Assembly (NCBI GenBank): GCA_025934995.1
Contig: JAICWC010000001.1
Span: 759-64,758, forward strand
Origin: Thermoleophilia bacterium
GTDB lineage: Bacteria; Actinomycetota; Thermoleophilia; Gaiellales; Gaiellaceae
Length of the DNA: 64,000 nucleotides
Reading direction: 5' to 3'
A program made the translations under genes and the position numbers. The notes under the pieces are model-generated. The model was not told the origin of the DNA, made no database searches, and worked only from the letters and a program-made list of their open reading frames with translations. Of this stretch, positions 39,542 to 49,670 are shown piece by piece (within the stretch, counting starts at the first letter, position 1; each line of letters begins with the position of its first letter).

Positions 39542-40903
39542 CTAGCCCGAGATCAATTCGTCCAGGGCCGTGCGGACGTCCCCGGCGGGGACGGGCACGT
39601 CCCATTCCGGGCCGTCGCCCCCGAGAAGGACGAGGCGGAGCTCGCCGCCGAGGTTCTTCTTGTCGCGCTGCAGCGCCGCCCAGGCCCGCTCGCGGTCGAC
39701 GCGGACCGGCTTCGGCTCGAGGATCTCTTCCACCAGTGAGGTGTCGCGGCCGGACAGCTTCAACGCCGCCTTGAGGCCGAGCGCGACCGCCTGGCCGTGC
39801 GTCACGCCCTCGTACGCCGCTGCGGCCTCGAGCGCGTGCGCGAACGTGTGGCCGAGGTTCAGCTGCTTGCGCTCGCCCTGGTCGTGCGGGTCGCGCAGGC
39901 AGATCGCGGCCTTGAACGCGGCGCAGCGGCGGACGTCGAGCGGGTCGTGCAGATTCTCTCCGGCGAGCAGGCTCGTCTTGACGACCTCGGCCATCCCCTC
40001 TCTGCGCTCGCGCTCCGGCAGCGTCTGCAGCAGCGCCGGGTCGACGATCGTGCGGGTCGGCCAGTGGAATGCGCCGACGAGGTTCTTCCCCTGCGGCAGG
40101 TCGATCGCCGTCTTGCCGCCGATCGCCGCGTCGACCTGGGCGACCAGGCTCGTCGGAACCGGCACCCAATCGATGCCGCGCAGGTACGTCGCGGCGGCAA
40201 AGCCGGCGGCGTCGGTCGTGCAGCCGCCGCCGAGCGCGACGAGCGTGCCGCTGCGGTCGAGGCGCAGCTCCTGCCACAGCCGGTCGAGCGCGGTCAGCGT
40301 CTTCGCCTCCTCGCCCGCCGGAAGCTCCAGCGACTGCCGAAGCTTCGCACCGAGCGCGAGCTGCGCATCCATGCCGTGGATCCCTGCGACGTTCGGGTCG
40401 CTGACGAGTGCGCACTCCCCTTGCACGAAGTCACCGAGTCGCTGTAGCGCCCCGGCCTCGACGACGATCCCCGCTGCGGCAAGCGCGACGTCGTGCGCGT
40501 CCCTCGCCTTGACGTCCGCGACCTGCTCGTACAGCGGCCGCCGCTCTTCGTACAGGCGCTTGAAGTCGTCGTAGTTCTGCGCCAGCGGACGGTCGCTCCC
40601 CTTGACCCGTTCCCAGCACGTGTCGACGTCGACGTCGAGCCAGACGACCGTCGCCTTCTCCTTCAGCAGCTCGCGCACGCGCGGAGTCGTGATCGCGCCG
40701 CCGCCGAGGTCGAGGATGACTGCATCTTGCGCGAGCATCGACTCGACGACGCGCGCCTCGGCCTCGCGAAACGCCGCCTCCCCCTGCTCGAACAGCTCGA
40801 TCGGCACGACATCGTCCGTGACGAGCACCGGCACACCGAGCGACCGCGCAGCCGTCGTCTTCCCCGCGCCCATGAAGCCGACGAGCGCGACGCGCTTGTT
40901 CAG
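39542..40903 (-). CDS. aroKB: Bifunctional shikimate kinase / 3-dehydroquinate synthase
   Basis: GFMGAGKT, LGGG, RPL; then GEEAK, ALGGG, VDAAIGGKT, KNLVGAF, LNLGHTFAH, THG. Probable CTG start in a CTGA overlap with aroC, with GGAG 5 nt upstream. Confidence 0.9.
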   Translation of the reverse strand: MNKRVALVGFMGAGKTTAARSLGVPVLVTDDVVPIELFEQGEAAFREAEARVVESMLAQDAVILDLGGGAITTPRVRELLKEKATVVWLDVDVDTCWERVKGSDRPLAQNYDDFKRLYEERRPLYEQVADVKARDAHDVALAAAGIVVEAGALQRLGDFVQGECALVSDPNVAGIHGMDAQLALGAKLRQSLELPAGEEAKTLTALDRLWQELRLDRSGTLVALGGGCTTDAAGFAAATYLRGIDWVPVPTSLVAQVDAAIGGKTAIDLPQGKNLVGAFHWPTRTIVDPALLQTLPERERREGMAEVVKTSLLAGENLHDPLDVRRCAAFKAAICLRDPHDQGERKQLNLGHTFAHALEAAAAYEGVTHGQAVALGLKAALKLSGRDTSLVEEILEPKPVRVDRERAWAALQRDKKNLGGELRLVLLGGDGPEWDVPVPAGDVRTALDELISG

Positions 40904-41961
40904 AGCCGCTCCACGTATACGCGGTGCGCGGCGACGAAGTCCACGAGCGCGTCGCCGCCGAACTTCTCCTTGGCGGCACGCGCGAGCTCCCATGCGACCG
41001 CCGCCTCCGCGACGACCGCGAGCGCCTCCACTGCGCTGACGTCGCTGCGCTCGACCAGCGCCTCCGCCGCTTCGCCGGTGGCGAGGTCGACCGACCGCAA
41101 CGGCTTCATCAGCGTCGGCAGCGGCTTCATCGAGCAGCGCACGACGAGCTCCTCGCCGTTCGACATGCCGCCCTCGAGCCCGCCGGCGCGGTTCGTCATC
41201 CGTGTCTTGTCGGGCTTGATCTCGTCGTGCGCCTCCGACCCGCGGAGGCCCGCGAGCTCCTTGCCGTCGCCGATCTCGACGCTCTTGACCGCCTGGATGC
41301 CCATCAGCGCCGCCGCGAGGCGTGCGTCGAGCCGGTCGTCCTTGCGCGCATACGAACCGAGGCCGGGCGGCACGCCGGTCGCGCGCACTGTGACGGTGCC
41401 GCCGAGCGTGTCGCGTGCCTTGCGCGCCTCGTCGACCGCAGCCGGGTCGGCGCCGTGCTCGGCGAGCGCCTCACCGCGCACGTCGACGCCGATCGTCGCC
41501 AGGAGGGCCTTCGCGACGGCGCCGGCGGCGACGTGGACCGCCGTGTGGCGCGCCGACGCGCGCTCGAGGGCGTTCCGCACGTCGTCGTGCCCGTACTTCT
41601 GCACGCCCGCGAGGTCGGCGTGGCCCGGCCTGGGCAGCGTGACCGGCCGTGTCCCTTTTCCCTCCGGTTCGCCCTCGGGCGGCCACGGGCTCATCCCCCA
41701 CGTCCAGTTCTTGTGGTCGCGGTTGCGGACGACGAGCGCGAGCGGCGTCCCGAGCGTCCGGCCGTGCCGGAGCCCGGCGAGCACCTCGACCTCGTCCGTC
41801 TCGATCTGCTGGCGGGGGGAGCGCCCGTAGCCCTGTTGCCTGCGCCGCAGGTCGGCGTCGATCGCCGTCTGTTCCAGCTCGAGGCCGGCAGGCAAGCCGG
41901 AGAGGATCGCGACGAGCGCAGGACCGTGCGATTCCCCCGCGGATGCGAGCTCGAGCGTCAT
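40900..41961 (-). CDS. aroC: Chorismate synthase
   Basis: AGESHG, RRRQQGYGR, PRPGHAD, ERASARHT, GGLEGGMSNG, ERSD. Confidence 0.95.
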   Translation of the reverse strand: MTLELASAGESHGPALVAILSGLPAGLELEQTAIDADLRRRQQGYGRSPRQQIETDEVEVLAGLRHGRTLGTPLALVVRNRDHKNWTWGMSPWPPEGEPEGKGTRPVTLPRPGHADLAGVQKYGHDDVRNALERASARHTAVHVAAGAVAKALLATIGVDVRGEALAEHGADPAAVDEARKARDTLGGTVTVRATGVPPGLGSYARKDDRLDARLAAALMGIQAVKSVEIGDGKELAGLRGSEAHDEIKPDKTRMTNRAGGLEGGMSNGEELVVRCSMKPLPTLMKPLRSVDLATGEAAEALVERSDVSAVEALAVVAEAAVAWELARAAKEKFGGDALVDFVAAHRVYVERL

Positions 41962-42620
41962 GTGTCCAACCCTAGGGCGCGGCGCATGACCGCAACAGGT
42001 GCGGGCACGCCGGTCCAGAGCTCGAAGCTCTGGGCGCCCTGCGCGGCGAGCACGTCGAGCCCGTCGTAGACGGTTGCCCCGGCACGGGCGGCGGCCTCCG
42101 CGGTCGCGGTGCGCGGATACGGGAGGTCGATCAGCGTCTGCCCCGGGTGCACCTCGAAGAGCACGTCGTCGCGCACGGGCGTCGCGTTGATCACCACGTC
42201 CGCCCGGGACACGTCCGGAGGCCACATCGTCCGACGTGAGTAGACGCGCGCTTCCGGCAGCAAGTGGCGGAACGCAGCGGCAGCGCCGCCGTCCCCGACG
42301 ATCACCGGCGACTCGCACGCCAGACCGTCGAGGATCGCAGTATCCGTCGAATGCGCGACTCCGCCGGGCAGGAGCGTGTTCACGGACGGAAGGTCGCTGC
42401 CGACGATCCGGGCGACGGCGAGCTTGTGCGGCGCCGTCACGTTCGCGCCCGCGAAGCCGAGCGCGTCGAGGCCGCGCACGGCCTCCTCGAGCCGGTCGGG
42501 TTCGACGTCGAGCGCGACGTACGTCCAGTCGAGGCCGCGCGCGGCGAACGCGGCGTTGTGCATGCGCGGCGAGAGGGAGTGCGCCACCGGGTGGCCGAGG
42601 AGCGCGACGACCTCGGTCAC
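41958..42620 (-). CDS. aroE: Shikimate dehydrogenase (compact)
   Basis: GHPVAHSLSPRMH, GANVTAPHK, SVNT, INATP, QGAQSFELWTG. Confidence 0.9.
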   Translation of the reverse strand: MTEVVALLGHPVAHSLSPRMHNAAFAARGLDWTYVALDVEPDRLEEAVRGLDALGFAGANVTAPHKLAVARIVGSDLPSVNTLLPGGVAHSTDTAILDGLACESPVIVGDGGAAAAFRHLLPEARVYSRRTMWPPDVSRADVVINATPVRDDVLFEVHPGQTLIDLPYPRTATAEAAARAGATVYDGLDVLAAQGAQSFELWTGVPAPVAVMRRALGLDT

Positions 42621-43528
42621 TTGGTGAAGCCGTACTGGATCTCGTGGTTCTGGAAGTCCTGGAAGCTCGCGGTGAAGTAGTGGTGCACCTTGTCGGGCTT
42701 GCGCACGAAGTAGAGGTAGTCGACGTGCGCGGGATGTGCGGCCGCCTGCATCGACGCGAGGCCGGGGTTGCCGATCGGCGTCGGCGGCAGGCCGAGGAAC
42801 TTGCGCGTGTTGTACGGGTTGTCGCTCGCCAGCTCGGACTCGAGGAGCGGCTTCGTCCCCGGCACGTGCAGCCCGTAGCGGATCGTCGCGTCGATCCCGA
42901 GCGGCATACGGTCGTGCAGCCGGTTGTAGATCACCGCTGCGACGAGCGGCCGCTCGTCGGGCGCCACGGTCTCGCCCTCGACCATCGACGCGATGATCAG
43001 CACGTCGTAGGGCGTCAGATTCTTCTTGCGTGCGTACGACATGTCGACCTTGCGCCAGTTCTGCGCGAATGCCTCGAGTTGGTCGGTCACGAGCTGGCGC
43101 GACGTCGTGTTGCGGAGGAAGTCGTAGGTCGCCGGGAAGAGGAACCCCTCGAGGCTGTGCTTCCCGCCGAAGCCTGCAACCGCACGACGCTGCGACCAGT
43201 GCAGATAGCCTCGCGCGCTCAGCTGCACGTGCTTGTGCGACTTCTTTTCGGCGATCTTCGCGACGACGGACACGCGGTGCGCCATCGCCTCGCGCGTCAT
43301 TCCCTCCGGGAAGATGATGCGGAACGGCTTCGGTGGTGGAATCACCGTCGTCACCGGCGCCGCGGTGCTGCGCCCGTGGTGCACTGCAAGCGTGACGCCG
43401 ATGATAACGAGCGCGACGAGGAGTGCGCCGAGCGCGATCAGCCGCCGGATGAGGATCGTCCGGCGCGGCACCTGCCGGGGCGGCGGCCCCGGCTTCGGCG
43501 GCATCACGCCGGGGCGGCGCTCGACCAC
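42617..43528 (-). CDS. mltG: Endolytic transglycosylase MltG
   Basis: TM anchor, FPEG, LEGFLFPATY, IASMVEGE, NRL..MPLGIDAT, PYNT, GLPPTPI.NPG. Confidence 0.92.
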   Translation of the reverse strand: MVERRPGVMPPKPGPPPRQVPRRTILIRRLIALGALLVALVIIGVTLAVHHGRSTAAPVTTVIPPPKPFRIIFPEGMTREAMAHRVSVVAKIAEKKSHKHVQLSARGYLHWSQRRAVAGFGGKHSLEGFLFPATYDFLRNTTSRQLVTDQLEAFAQNWRKVDMSYARKKNLTPYDVLIIASMVEGETVAPDERPLVAAVIYNRLHDRMPLGIDATIRYGLHVPGTKPLLESELASDNPYNTRKFLGLPPTPIGNPGLASMQAAAHPAHVDYLYFVRKPDKVHHYFTASFQDFQNHEIQYGFTK

Positions 43529-43899
43529 GCGAGAAAAGAGGAGAGGAGGTGCGCGGCGGCCCGCGCATCGAGTTCCGTGTCCGACGCCGTCTGTTGCGCG
43601 AGGTCGGTCGTGAAGCGCTCGTCGAAGAGGACAACCGGCACGCTGAGTGTCTTACGCAGGCGTTTGGCGAACTCCTCGCTTGCGCGAGCCTGCTCGCCCC
43701 GCTCACCGCGCAGGGTCAACGGCAGCCCGACGACGACCTTCTCCACGTCCTCGCTCGCGACGAGCCCTTGCAGCTCGGCGAGGCCGGTTTCGGTATGCGC
43801 GCGCTCGACGACGCCGAGAGGGCGCGCGATCGTCCCGGTCGGATCGGAGACGGCAACGCCCGTGCGCGTGGAGCCGTAGTCGAGCGCCATCACCTTCAC
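43504..43899 (-). CDS. ruvX: YqgF/RuvX family nuclease
   Basis: ALDYGSTRTGVAVSD, VVGLP, DERFTT, DARAA. Confidence 0.92.
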   Translation of the reverse strand: MKVMALDYGSTRTGVAVSDPTGTIARPLGVVERAHTETGLAELQGLVASEDVEKVVVGLPLTLRGERGEQARASEEFAKRLRKTLSVPVVLFDERFTTDLAQQTASDTELDARAAAHLLSSFLAWSSAAPA

Positions 43900-46394
43900 G
43901 ATGCGACGAGCGCCTTCGCCGCTCGCAGAGCATCTGCGACGCCGTCCGGGTTCTTCCCGCCGGCCTCTGCGAGCGTCGCCTTGCCGCCGCCGCCGCCGCC
44001 GATGTGCTTGCCGAGCTCGCGGACGATGTGCACGGCGTCGAGCCCGCGGTCGACGAGCGACTGGTCGAGGTTGACGACGAGGAACGCGCGGCCGTCGTCG
44101 ATCGAAGCGACGATCGCGCCGCCTGCCTTCTCCTGCTGACGCAGGCGGTCGGACATGTCTCGCAGATCGCCGCCCTTCATACCTCTCGTCATGGCGAGCA
44201 CGACGCCGCCGTAGACCTCGACCTCGGCCGCTGCCGGTTCGGCCTTCGGCTTCGGCTTCTCCTTGCGGGCGCGTGTCAATTCGGCGCGGAGGTGATCCGC
44301 CTCTCGCGCCTGCTCGCGCAGGTAGGCGAACGCCTCGCCGGCGGTCACAGCCTCGATGCGGCGCGCGCCGGCGCCGACGGAGCTCTCCGTGACGATCACG
44401 AACGGCCCGACCTCGGCCGTCGAGCCGACGTGCGTGCCGCCGCACAGCTCGCGGGACCAGCCGTCGATGTCGACGAGGCGGACGACGTCGCCGTACTTCT
44501 CGCCGAAGAGCATCATCGCGCCGAGCTTCTTCGCCTCGGCCTGCGTCGTCTCGTAGATCCGCACGGGATGGTTCGCGAAGACGTGCTCGTTGACGATCTC
44601 TTCGACCTGCACGCGCTCCTCGGTCGTCAAGGCCTGCGGATGCGTGAAGTCGAAGCGGAGCTTGTCCGGGCGCACCGCCGAGCCGGCCTGGCGCACGTGG
44701 TCGCCGAGCACCTCCTGCAGCGCCTTGTGCAGCAGGTGCGTGCCGGTGTGGTTCGCCATCGTCGGATAGCGCACCGCCCACGGCACGACCGCGCGCACCC
44801 GGTCGCCGTCTCCGAAACCCGAGCCGCGGAAGACGAGCTCCTGGTCGTTGTCGAGCCGTAGCGCCTCGACGAGCTCCGCGCGCGAGCCGTCGTCCTTCTC
44901 GAGGTAGCCCGCATCGGTGACCTGGCCGCCGCCCGCCGCATAGAAGGGCGATTGCTCGAGCTTGCACTGGAAGAGCCCCTCGCCGAGATCCGCGAATGCG
45001 GTGATCGCCGTGAGGACGTCCGTGCGCTCGTAGCCGACGAACTCCGTGTGCGGCGCATCGGGAAAGCGGGGCTGGAACGACGAGCCGCCGCGACGCGAGA
45101 TCTCGCGGTGCCGGCCCATGTACGTGTCGTATTCCTCGTCGTTGACGCCGAGGCCTCGCTCGCGCGCGAGCTCCTGCGTCAGCTCGATCGGGAAGCCGTA
45201 CGTCGCCTGCAGGGTGAACGCGTCCTCACCGCTGATGTCGCCCTTCGCAGCGGCCTCGTCGAACAGCTTCATGCCGCGCTCGAGCGTCCGCGCGAATTGC
45301 TCCTCCTCCGCCGTCAGCACGTCCGCGATCTCGCGGCGGTGCTCGACGAGCTCGGGATATGCCTCGCCCATCTGCTCCGTGACTGCGTCGGCGAGCCCGG
45401 CGAGGAACGGCGCCTCCATGCCGATGCGCAGCCCGTGCTGCACTGCGCGGCGGATGATGCGGCGCATGACGTAGCCGCGTCCCTCGTTCGACGGCGAGAC
45501 CCCCTCGGCGGCGAGAAACGTCATTCCCCGCCCGTGGTCGGCGAGCACTCGGTGCGCCTTCGTCGCGTCGACCGAGTCGCCGTACGCGACGCCGGAGTTC
45601 GCGGCGACCCAGCGCATGATCGTCTGGTAACCGTCGGTGTCGTACACGGACGGCACCTGCTGCACGATCTGCGCCATCCGCTCGAGGCCCATGCCTGTGT
45701 CGATGTTCTGCTTCGGCAGGTCGACGAGCGTCCCGTCCGTACGCAGCTCGTAGGCCATGAAGACGAGGTTCCAGAACTCGAGGAACCGCTCACAGCGGTC
45801 GCAGCCGGGCTTGCAGTCGGGCTCGCCGCACGAGCGCTCCTCGCCCCAGTCCCAGTAGATTTCGCTGTCCGGGCCGCACGGCCCGGGGCCGCCCACCGAC
45901 CAGAAGTTCTCCGACGACGGCAGCGGCGTGATCCGCTCCGGCGGCATGCCGATCTTCTCCCAGAGGTCGATCGCCTCCTGGTCGGGGCCGAGCTTCAGCT
46001 CGGCGTCGCCGGCGTGCACCGTGACCCAGATGCGATCCCACGGGAGCTGCAGCCGGTTCTGCACGAAGTCGGTCGCGAACTCGATCGCGCCCTCCTTGAA
46101 GTACCGCCCGAACGAGAAGTTGCCGAGCATCTCGAAGAACGTCAGGTGGAACGTGTCGAGGCCGACGACGTCGATGTCGACCGTCCGGAAGACTTTCTGG
46201 GCGGTCGTCGTCAAGGGCGCGGGCGGCGCCTCGTGCCCGAGGAAGTACGGCATCTGCGGCTGCATCCCGGCCGTCGTGAGCAGCGTCGACGTGTCGCCCG
46301 CCCGCGGAATCAGGGACGCCGAGTGCACGCGCAGATGCCCTTTCTCCTCGAAGTAGGAGAGATAGCCCTCGCGGATCTCGGCGGTGGTGTGCAT
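43896..46394 (-). CDS. alaS: Alanine--tRNA ligase
   Basis: HLTFFEMLGNFSFG, GPCGPDSEI, IDTGMGLER, HTGTH...ELCGGTH editing site, GGGGG. Confidence 0.96.
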   Translation of the reverse strand: MHTTAEIREGYLSYFEEKGHLRVHSASLIPRAGDTSTLLTTAGMQPQMPYFLGHEAPPAPLTTTAQKVFRTVDIDVVGLDTFHLTFFEMLGNFSFGRYFKEGAIEFATDFVQNRLQLPWDRIWVTVHAGDAELKLGPDQEAIDLWEKIGMPPERITPLPSSENFWSVGGPGPCGPDSEIYWDWGEERSCGEPDCKPGCDRCERFLEFWNLVFMAYELRTDGTLVDLPKQNIDTGMGLERMAQIVQQVPSVYDTDGYQTIMRWVAANSGVAYGDSVDATKAHRVLADHGRGMTFLAAEGVSPSNEGRGYVMRRIIRRAVQHGLRIGMEAPFLAGLADAVTEQMGEAYPELVEHRREIADVLTAEEEQFARTLERGMKLFDEAAAKGDISGEDAFTLQATYGFPIELTQELARERGLGVNDEEYDTYMGRHREISRRGGSSFQPRFPDAPHTEFVGYERTDVLTAITAFADLGEGLFQCKLEQSPFYAAGGGQVTDAGYLEKDDGSRAELVEALRLDNDQELVFRGSGFGDGDRVRAVVPWAVRYPTMANHTGTHLLHKALQEVLGDHVRQAGSAVRPDKLRFDFTHPQALTTEERVQVEEIVNEHVFANHPVRIYETTQAEAKKLGAMMLFGEKYGDVVRLVDIDGWSRELCGGTHVGSTAEVGPFVIVTESSVGAGARRIEAVTAGEAFAYLREQAREADHLRAELTRARKEKPKPKAEPAAAEVEVYGGVVLAMTRGMKGGDLRDMSDRLRQQEKAGGAIVASIDDGRAFLVVNLDQSLVDRGLDAVHIVRELGKHIGGGGGGKATLAEAGGKNPDGVADALRAAKALVAS

Positions 46395-46419
46395 CAGGCG
46401 GCCATTCTAGGATCGGGAC

Positions 46420-47397
46420 GTGGCCCCTCCGAGGAGACGCAAGCGCTATCGCTACCGCTTGAGACGTCTGGCACCGGTTGCGGCCGTCGCCGCGATCGCC
46501 GGAATCGGCGGCGCCTGGGTCGGCCACGTGCAGCGCTCGCTGCCGATTGCGACGATCGCGGCTGCCCGCCCGCCGGCGGTCGTCGGGCTTGCGCCGGCCG
46601 TCCAGAAGACGGTCAGGCACGAGGAACGGCTCTTGAACGCGGATGACCTGGTGAGGCACACCTTCGCCCCGAAGCTGCTCGGGAAGGCGGCGATTCTCGT
46701 CGATGCCTCCGACGGACGGGTGCTCTGGCAGCTGCACGAGCACCGCCGGCTGCAGGTCGCGTCGACGACGAAGATCATGACCGCGCTCCTTGCGTTGCGG
46801 AAGCTGAAGCCGCACGAGATCGTCACCGTCGACAAGTCGGTGCCGCGCGTTCCGCTCGTGCGCGAAGGGCTGCGCGCCGGCGAGCGAGTCGAGGCGTGGA
46901 AGCTCTTCTACGCGATGCTCCTCTACTCGGGGAACGACGACGCGCTCGCCCTCGCGATCGCGTCCGGTGGAACGAAGTGGCATTTCGTCCACCAGATGAA
47001 CGTCGAGGCGCGCATCCTCGGGTTGCACGACACGCACTTCGTCTCGCCGAGCGGGGTGGTCGACGTCGGCAACTATTCGAGCGCCTGGGACCTCGCCGCC
47101 TTGACGCGCGTCGCGCTGCGGAACGCGCGGTTCCGCTCGATCGTGCGCACGAAGGTGAAGCACGTCGCGTGGACGGCGCCGACGTATTCGAAGATCTACA
47201 TCAACAACAACCGGCTGCTCGGCTCGTACCGCGGTGCGAACGGCGTCAAGACCGGTTACACGCACAAGGCCGGCCCGTGTCTCGTCGCATCGGCGACCCG
47301 CGGCGGCACGACGCTGATCGCGGTCGTGCTCGACTCGCCCGACATGTACACGGACGCGAAGCGGCTGCTCGACCTCGGCTTCGCGTCGCTCGGATGA
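46420..47397 (+). CDS. D-alanyl-D-alanine carboxypeptidase (S11)
   Basis: ASTTK (SxxK), SGN (SxN), KTG. Confidence 0.92.
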   Translation: MAPPRRRKRYRYRLRRLAPVAAVAAIAGIGGAWVGHVQRSLPIATIAAARPPAVVGLAPAVQKTVRHEERLLNADDLVRHTFAPKLLGKAAILVDASDGRVLWQLHEHRRLQVASTTKIMTALLALRKLKPHEIVTVDKSVPRVPLVREGLRAGERVEAWKLFYAMLLYSGNDDALALAIASGGTKWHFVHQMNVEARILGLHDTHFVSPSGVVDVGNYSSAWDLAALTRVALRNARFRSIVRTKVKHVAWTAPTYSKIYINNNRLLGSYRGANGVKTGYTHKAGPCLVASATRGGTTLIAVVLDSPDMYTDAKRLLDLGFASLG

Positions 47398-47819
47398 GCT
47401 GCTGGGTCTGCGGATTCGTCGCGCCCGGCGGCGCCGTCATGTCGACCGAACGTTGGATCGTCGATCACTGCGTCGGCCTACTCGGCGTCGGCACGCTCAT
47501 CGTGCGGCCGCATCGCCACGTCGAGCGTGTCGGCGATCTCGATGCCGCGGAATCGCTCGAGCTCGGACCGCTCTTGCAGCGGGCGGCCGCCGTCGTCGAC
47601 GAGGTCGTTCGGCCGAGCCAGGTGTACGTCTCGCTGTGGTCGCATCAAGGGCGGGAGCCCGGGCACATCCACTTCGTCGTCCAGCCGGTTACAGAGGCAC
47701 TGATGGCGCGGTACGACCTGCACGGTCCCGCCCTGCAGAAGGCGATGTTCGACACGCACGAGCGGCAGTCCGACGACGAGATGGCCGCCTTCGCCGAGCG
47801 CGCACGGGCGGTGTGGTGA
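47394..47819 (+). CDS. HIT-like protein
   Basis: MSCWVC, RPHRH, GHIHFVV. Confidence 0.75.
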   Translation: MSCWVCGFVAPGGAVMSTERWIVDHCVGLLGVGTLIVRPHRHVERVGDLDAAESLELGPLLQRAAAVVDEVVRPSQVYVSLWSHQGREPGHIHFVVQPVTEALMARYDLHGPALQKAMFDTHERQSDDEMAAFAERARAVW

Positions 47820-48235
47820 GCTGGGTCACCGACGAGTTGTGGGCACCGGTGACGGCGGTGTCCGCGGAGCACGAGGGACGCGCGAGCGGCCTCATCTGCT
47901 CGACGGCGGTCTCGTCGTCGCTCGACCCCGAGCACGAGCGGGTCGTGCTGCAGTTGCGCAAGGACAACCTGACGCACGAGCTCGCGCTGGCGTCGGGCGC
48001 CTTCACGCTCCACCTGCTGCGGCGCGACCAGCAGGAGTTGTTTCGCTTCCTCGCGCTCGACACGGGACCGCCGTACGAGGAGACGCTCGCGCGTGCCGAC
48101 TGCCGCGTCGTCGCGACGCTCGACGCCGGGGACTCGACGGTGATCCTCGCCGACGTCGTCGCGGCGGGACGCCGGGCAGGCGAGGCGTTCACCGAGGCCG
48201 ACATCGTCTGGGACGACGCTCTACGCGGGGTTTGA
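47816..48235 (+). CDS. Flavin reductase-like protein
   Basis: PVTAVS, SLDP, LTHEL...SGAFTLHLL, AGDSTVILADV. Confidence 0.75.
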   Translation: MSWVTDELWAPVTAVSAEHEGRASGLICSTAVSSSLDPEHERVVLQLRKDNLTHELALASGAFTLHLLRRDQQELFRFLALDTGPPYEETLARADCRVVATLDAGDSTVILADVVAAGRRAGEAFTEADIVWDDALRGV

Positions 48236-48934
48236 GGCGACGAACACCGCGGTCGACGCTGTGACCGTGCGGGTGGCGTCGAAATCGGGCACACGATCTG
48301 CGAGGTGCCGGTGCGCAACCGAGTTGCCGACATAGCGGCGCATGTCCTCGGCCGTCATTTCGATCGTTGCCGGCAGGTCGATTGTTCGCACCGAGGCGAA
48401 GTGTCGGGACAGGTGGCCGGCGCCGTTCTCGACCATGAAGATGCCCGCCGTCTCCGTCCAGCGGTCGCGGCCGACGAGCTGCCACATCTCCTGCATGTGC
48501 GTCCTGCCGTTGGTCGTCGCGACGAGCGCCGGAGCAACGCGTGCGAGCTCGGCGAGGCCACGGTCGAGGTCGGGGACGTGGTACAGCATGAAGTTCGCGA
48601 CGGTGACGTCGAACTCTCCGTCGGCGAACGGAAGCTCTTGCACATCTCCGACCTGCGCGCGGACACCGAGCCTGCGGGTGAGCTCGATCATCCGTTCCGA
48701 CTGGTCGATCGCGACGACGTCGAGCCCGGCGCCGAGGAGCCGCGCTGCGAAGCCTCCCGTCCCGCACCCGACCTCGAGAACACGACGAGGCCGGAGAGCG
48801 ACGACCTCGTCGAATGCCACGTCAGGTGGGTTCGGGTCGCGGTCCGCCCAGATCGAGAAGCGCGCGAGGAACCGGGACTCGTCCGCGTACTCGCTGCGGA
48901 CGAGGTCAGGATCGTTTTGCGGGCGCGCCTTCAT
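48221..48934 (-). CDS. Class I SAM-dependent methyltransferase
   Basis: VLEVGCGTG, DQSERM, GDVQELPFADGEFD, MLYHVPD. Confidence 0.88.
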   Translation of the reverse strand: MKARPQNDPDLVRSEYADESRFLARFSIWADRDPNPPDVAFDEVVALRPRRVLEVGCGTGGFAARLLGAGLDVVAIDQSERMIELTRRLGVRAQVGDVQELPFADGEFDVTVANFMLYHVPDLDRGLAELARVAPALVATTNGRTHMQEMWQLVGRDRWTETAGIFMVENGAGHLSRHFASVRTIDLPATIEMTAEDMRRYVGNSVAHRHLADRVPDFDATRTVTASTAVFVASNPA

Positions 48935-49670
48935 CGGCCGCGATCTCGTCCCGGATCTTCTCGAGCGAGCGGCGGATGAGCCGCGAGACGTGCATCTGCG
49001 AGATCCCGACCTGCTGCGCGATCTGCGATTGCGTCAAGCCGTCGAAAAAGCGGAGCTGCAGGATGTGCCGCTCGCGTTCGTCGAGGACGCGGAAGCCCGG
49101 CGCCAGCACGGCGCGGTCCTCCGAGACCTCGTACTGGTGCTCCTCGGTGCCGATCGACTCGAGTGGGTCGAGGTCGTCTTCGCCGTCGCCGCCGCTGCCG
49201 GTCGAGAGCGAGAGCGACGAATAGGCACGGCCCGACTCGAGCGCCTCCAGCACTTCTTCCTCCTGCGCCCCCGCGGCCTGCGCGAGCTCGGGAATCGTCG
49301 GCGAGCGGCCGAGCTGCACCGTCAGCGTCTCCATCAACCGCGACAGCTGGACGTTCAGCTCCTGCAGGCCGCGCGGCACGCGCACCGCCCAGCCCTTGTC
49401 GCGGAAATGGCGCTTGATCTCGCCGATGATGTTGGGCGTCGCATACGTCGTCAGCTCGACGCCGCGCTCGAGATCGAAACGATCGATCGCCTTGATCAGG
49501 CCGATCGCGCCGATCTGGACGAGATCCTCGAGCTGCTCACCGCGATACGAGTAGCGCCGCGCGAGCGATCGCACGAGCGACATGTACTGCTCGATCAGCT
49601 GCTCGCGTGCTTGGAGATCGCCTTCCTCGTGGTAGCGGCGGAGCAGGATCTTGTCGTCGATGCGGGTCAT
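48906..49670 (-). CDS. RNA polymerase sigma factor, SigB/SigF/SigG family
   Basis: EDLVQIGAIGLIKAIDRFD, GEIKRHFRDKGWAVRVPR, TQSQIA...ISQMHVSRL. Confidence 0.93.
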   Translation of the reverse strand: MTRIDDKILLRRYHEEGDLQAREQLIEQYMSLVRSLARRYSYRGEQLEDLVQIGAIGLIKAIDRFDLERGVELTTYATPNIIGEIKRHFRDKGWAVRVPRGLQELNVQLSRLMETLTVQLGRSPTIPELAQAAGAQEEEVLEALESGRAYSSLSLSTGSGGDGEDDLDPLESIGTEEHQYEVSEDRAVLAPGFRVLDERERHILQLRFFDGLTQSQIAQQVGISQMHVSRLIRRSLEKIRDEIAADEGAPAKRS

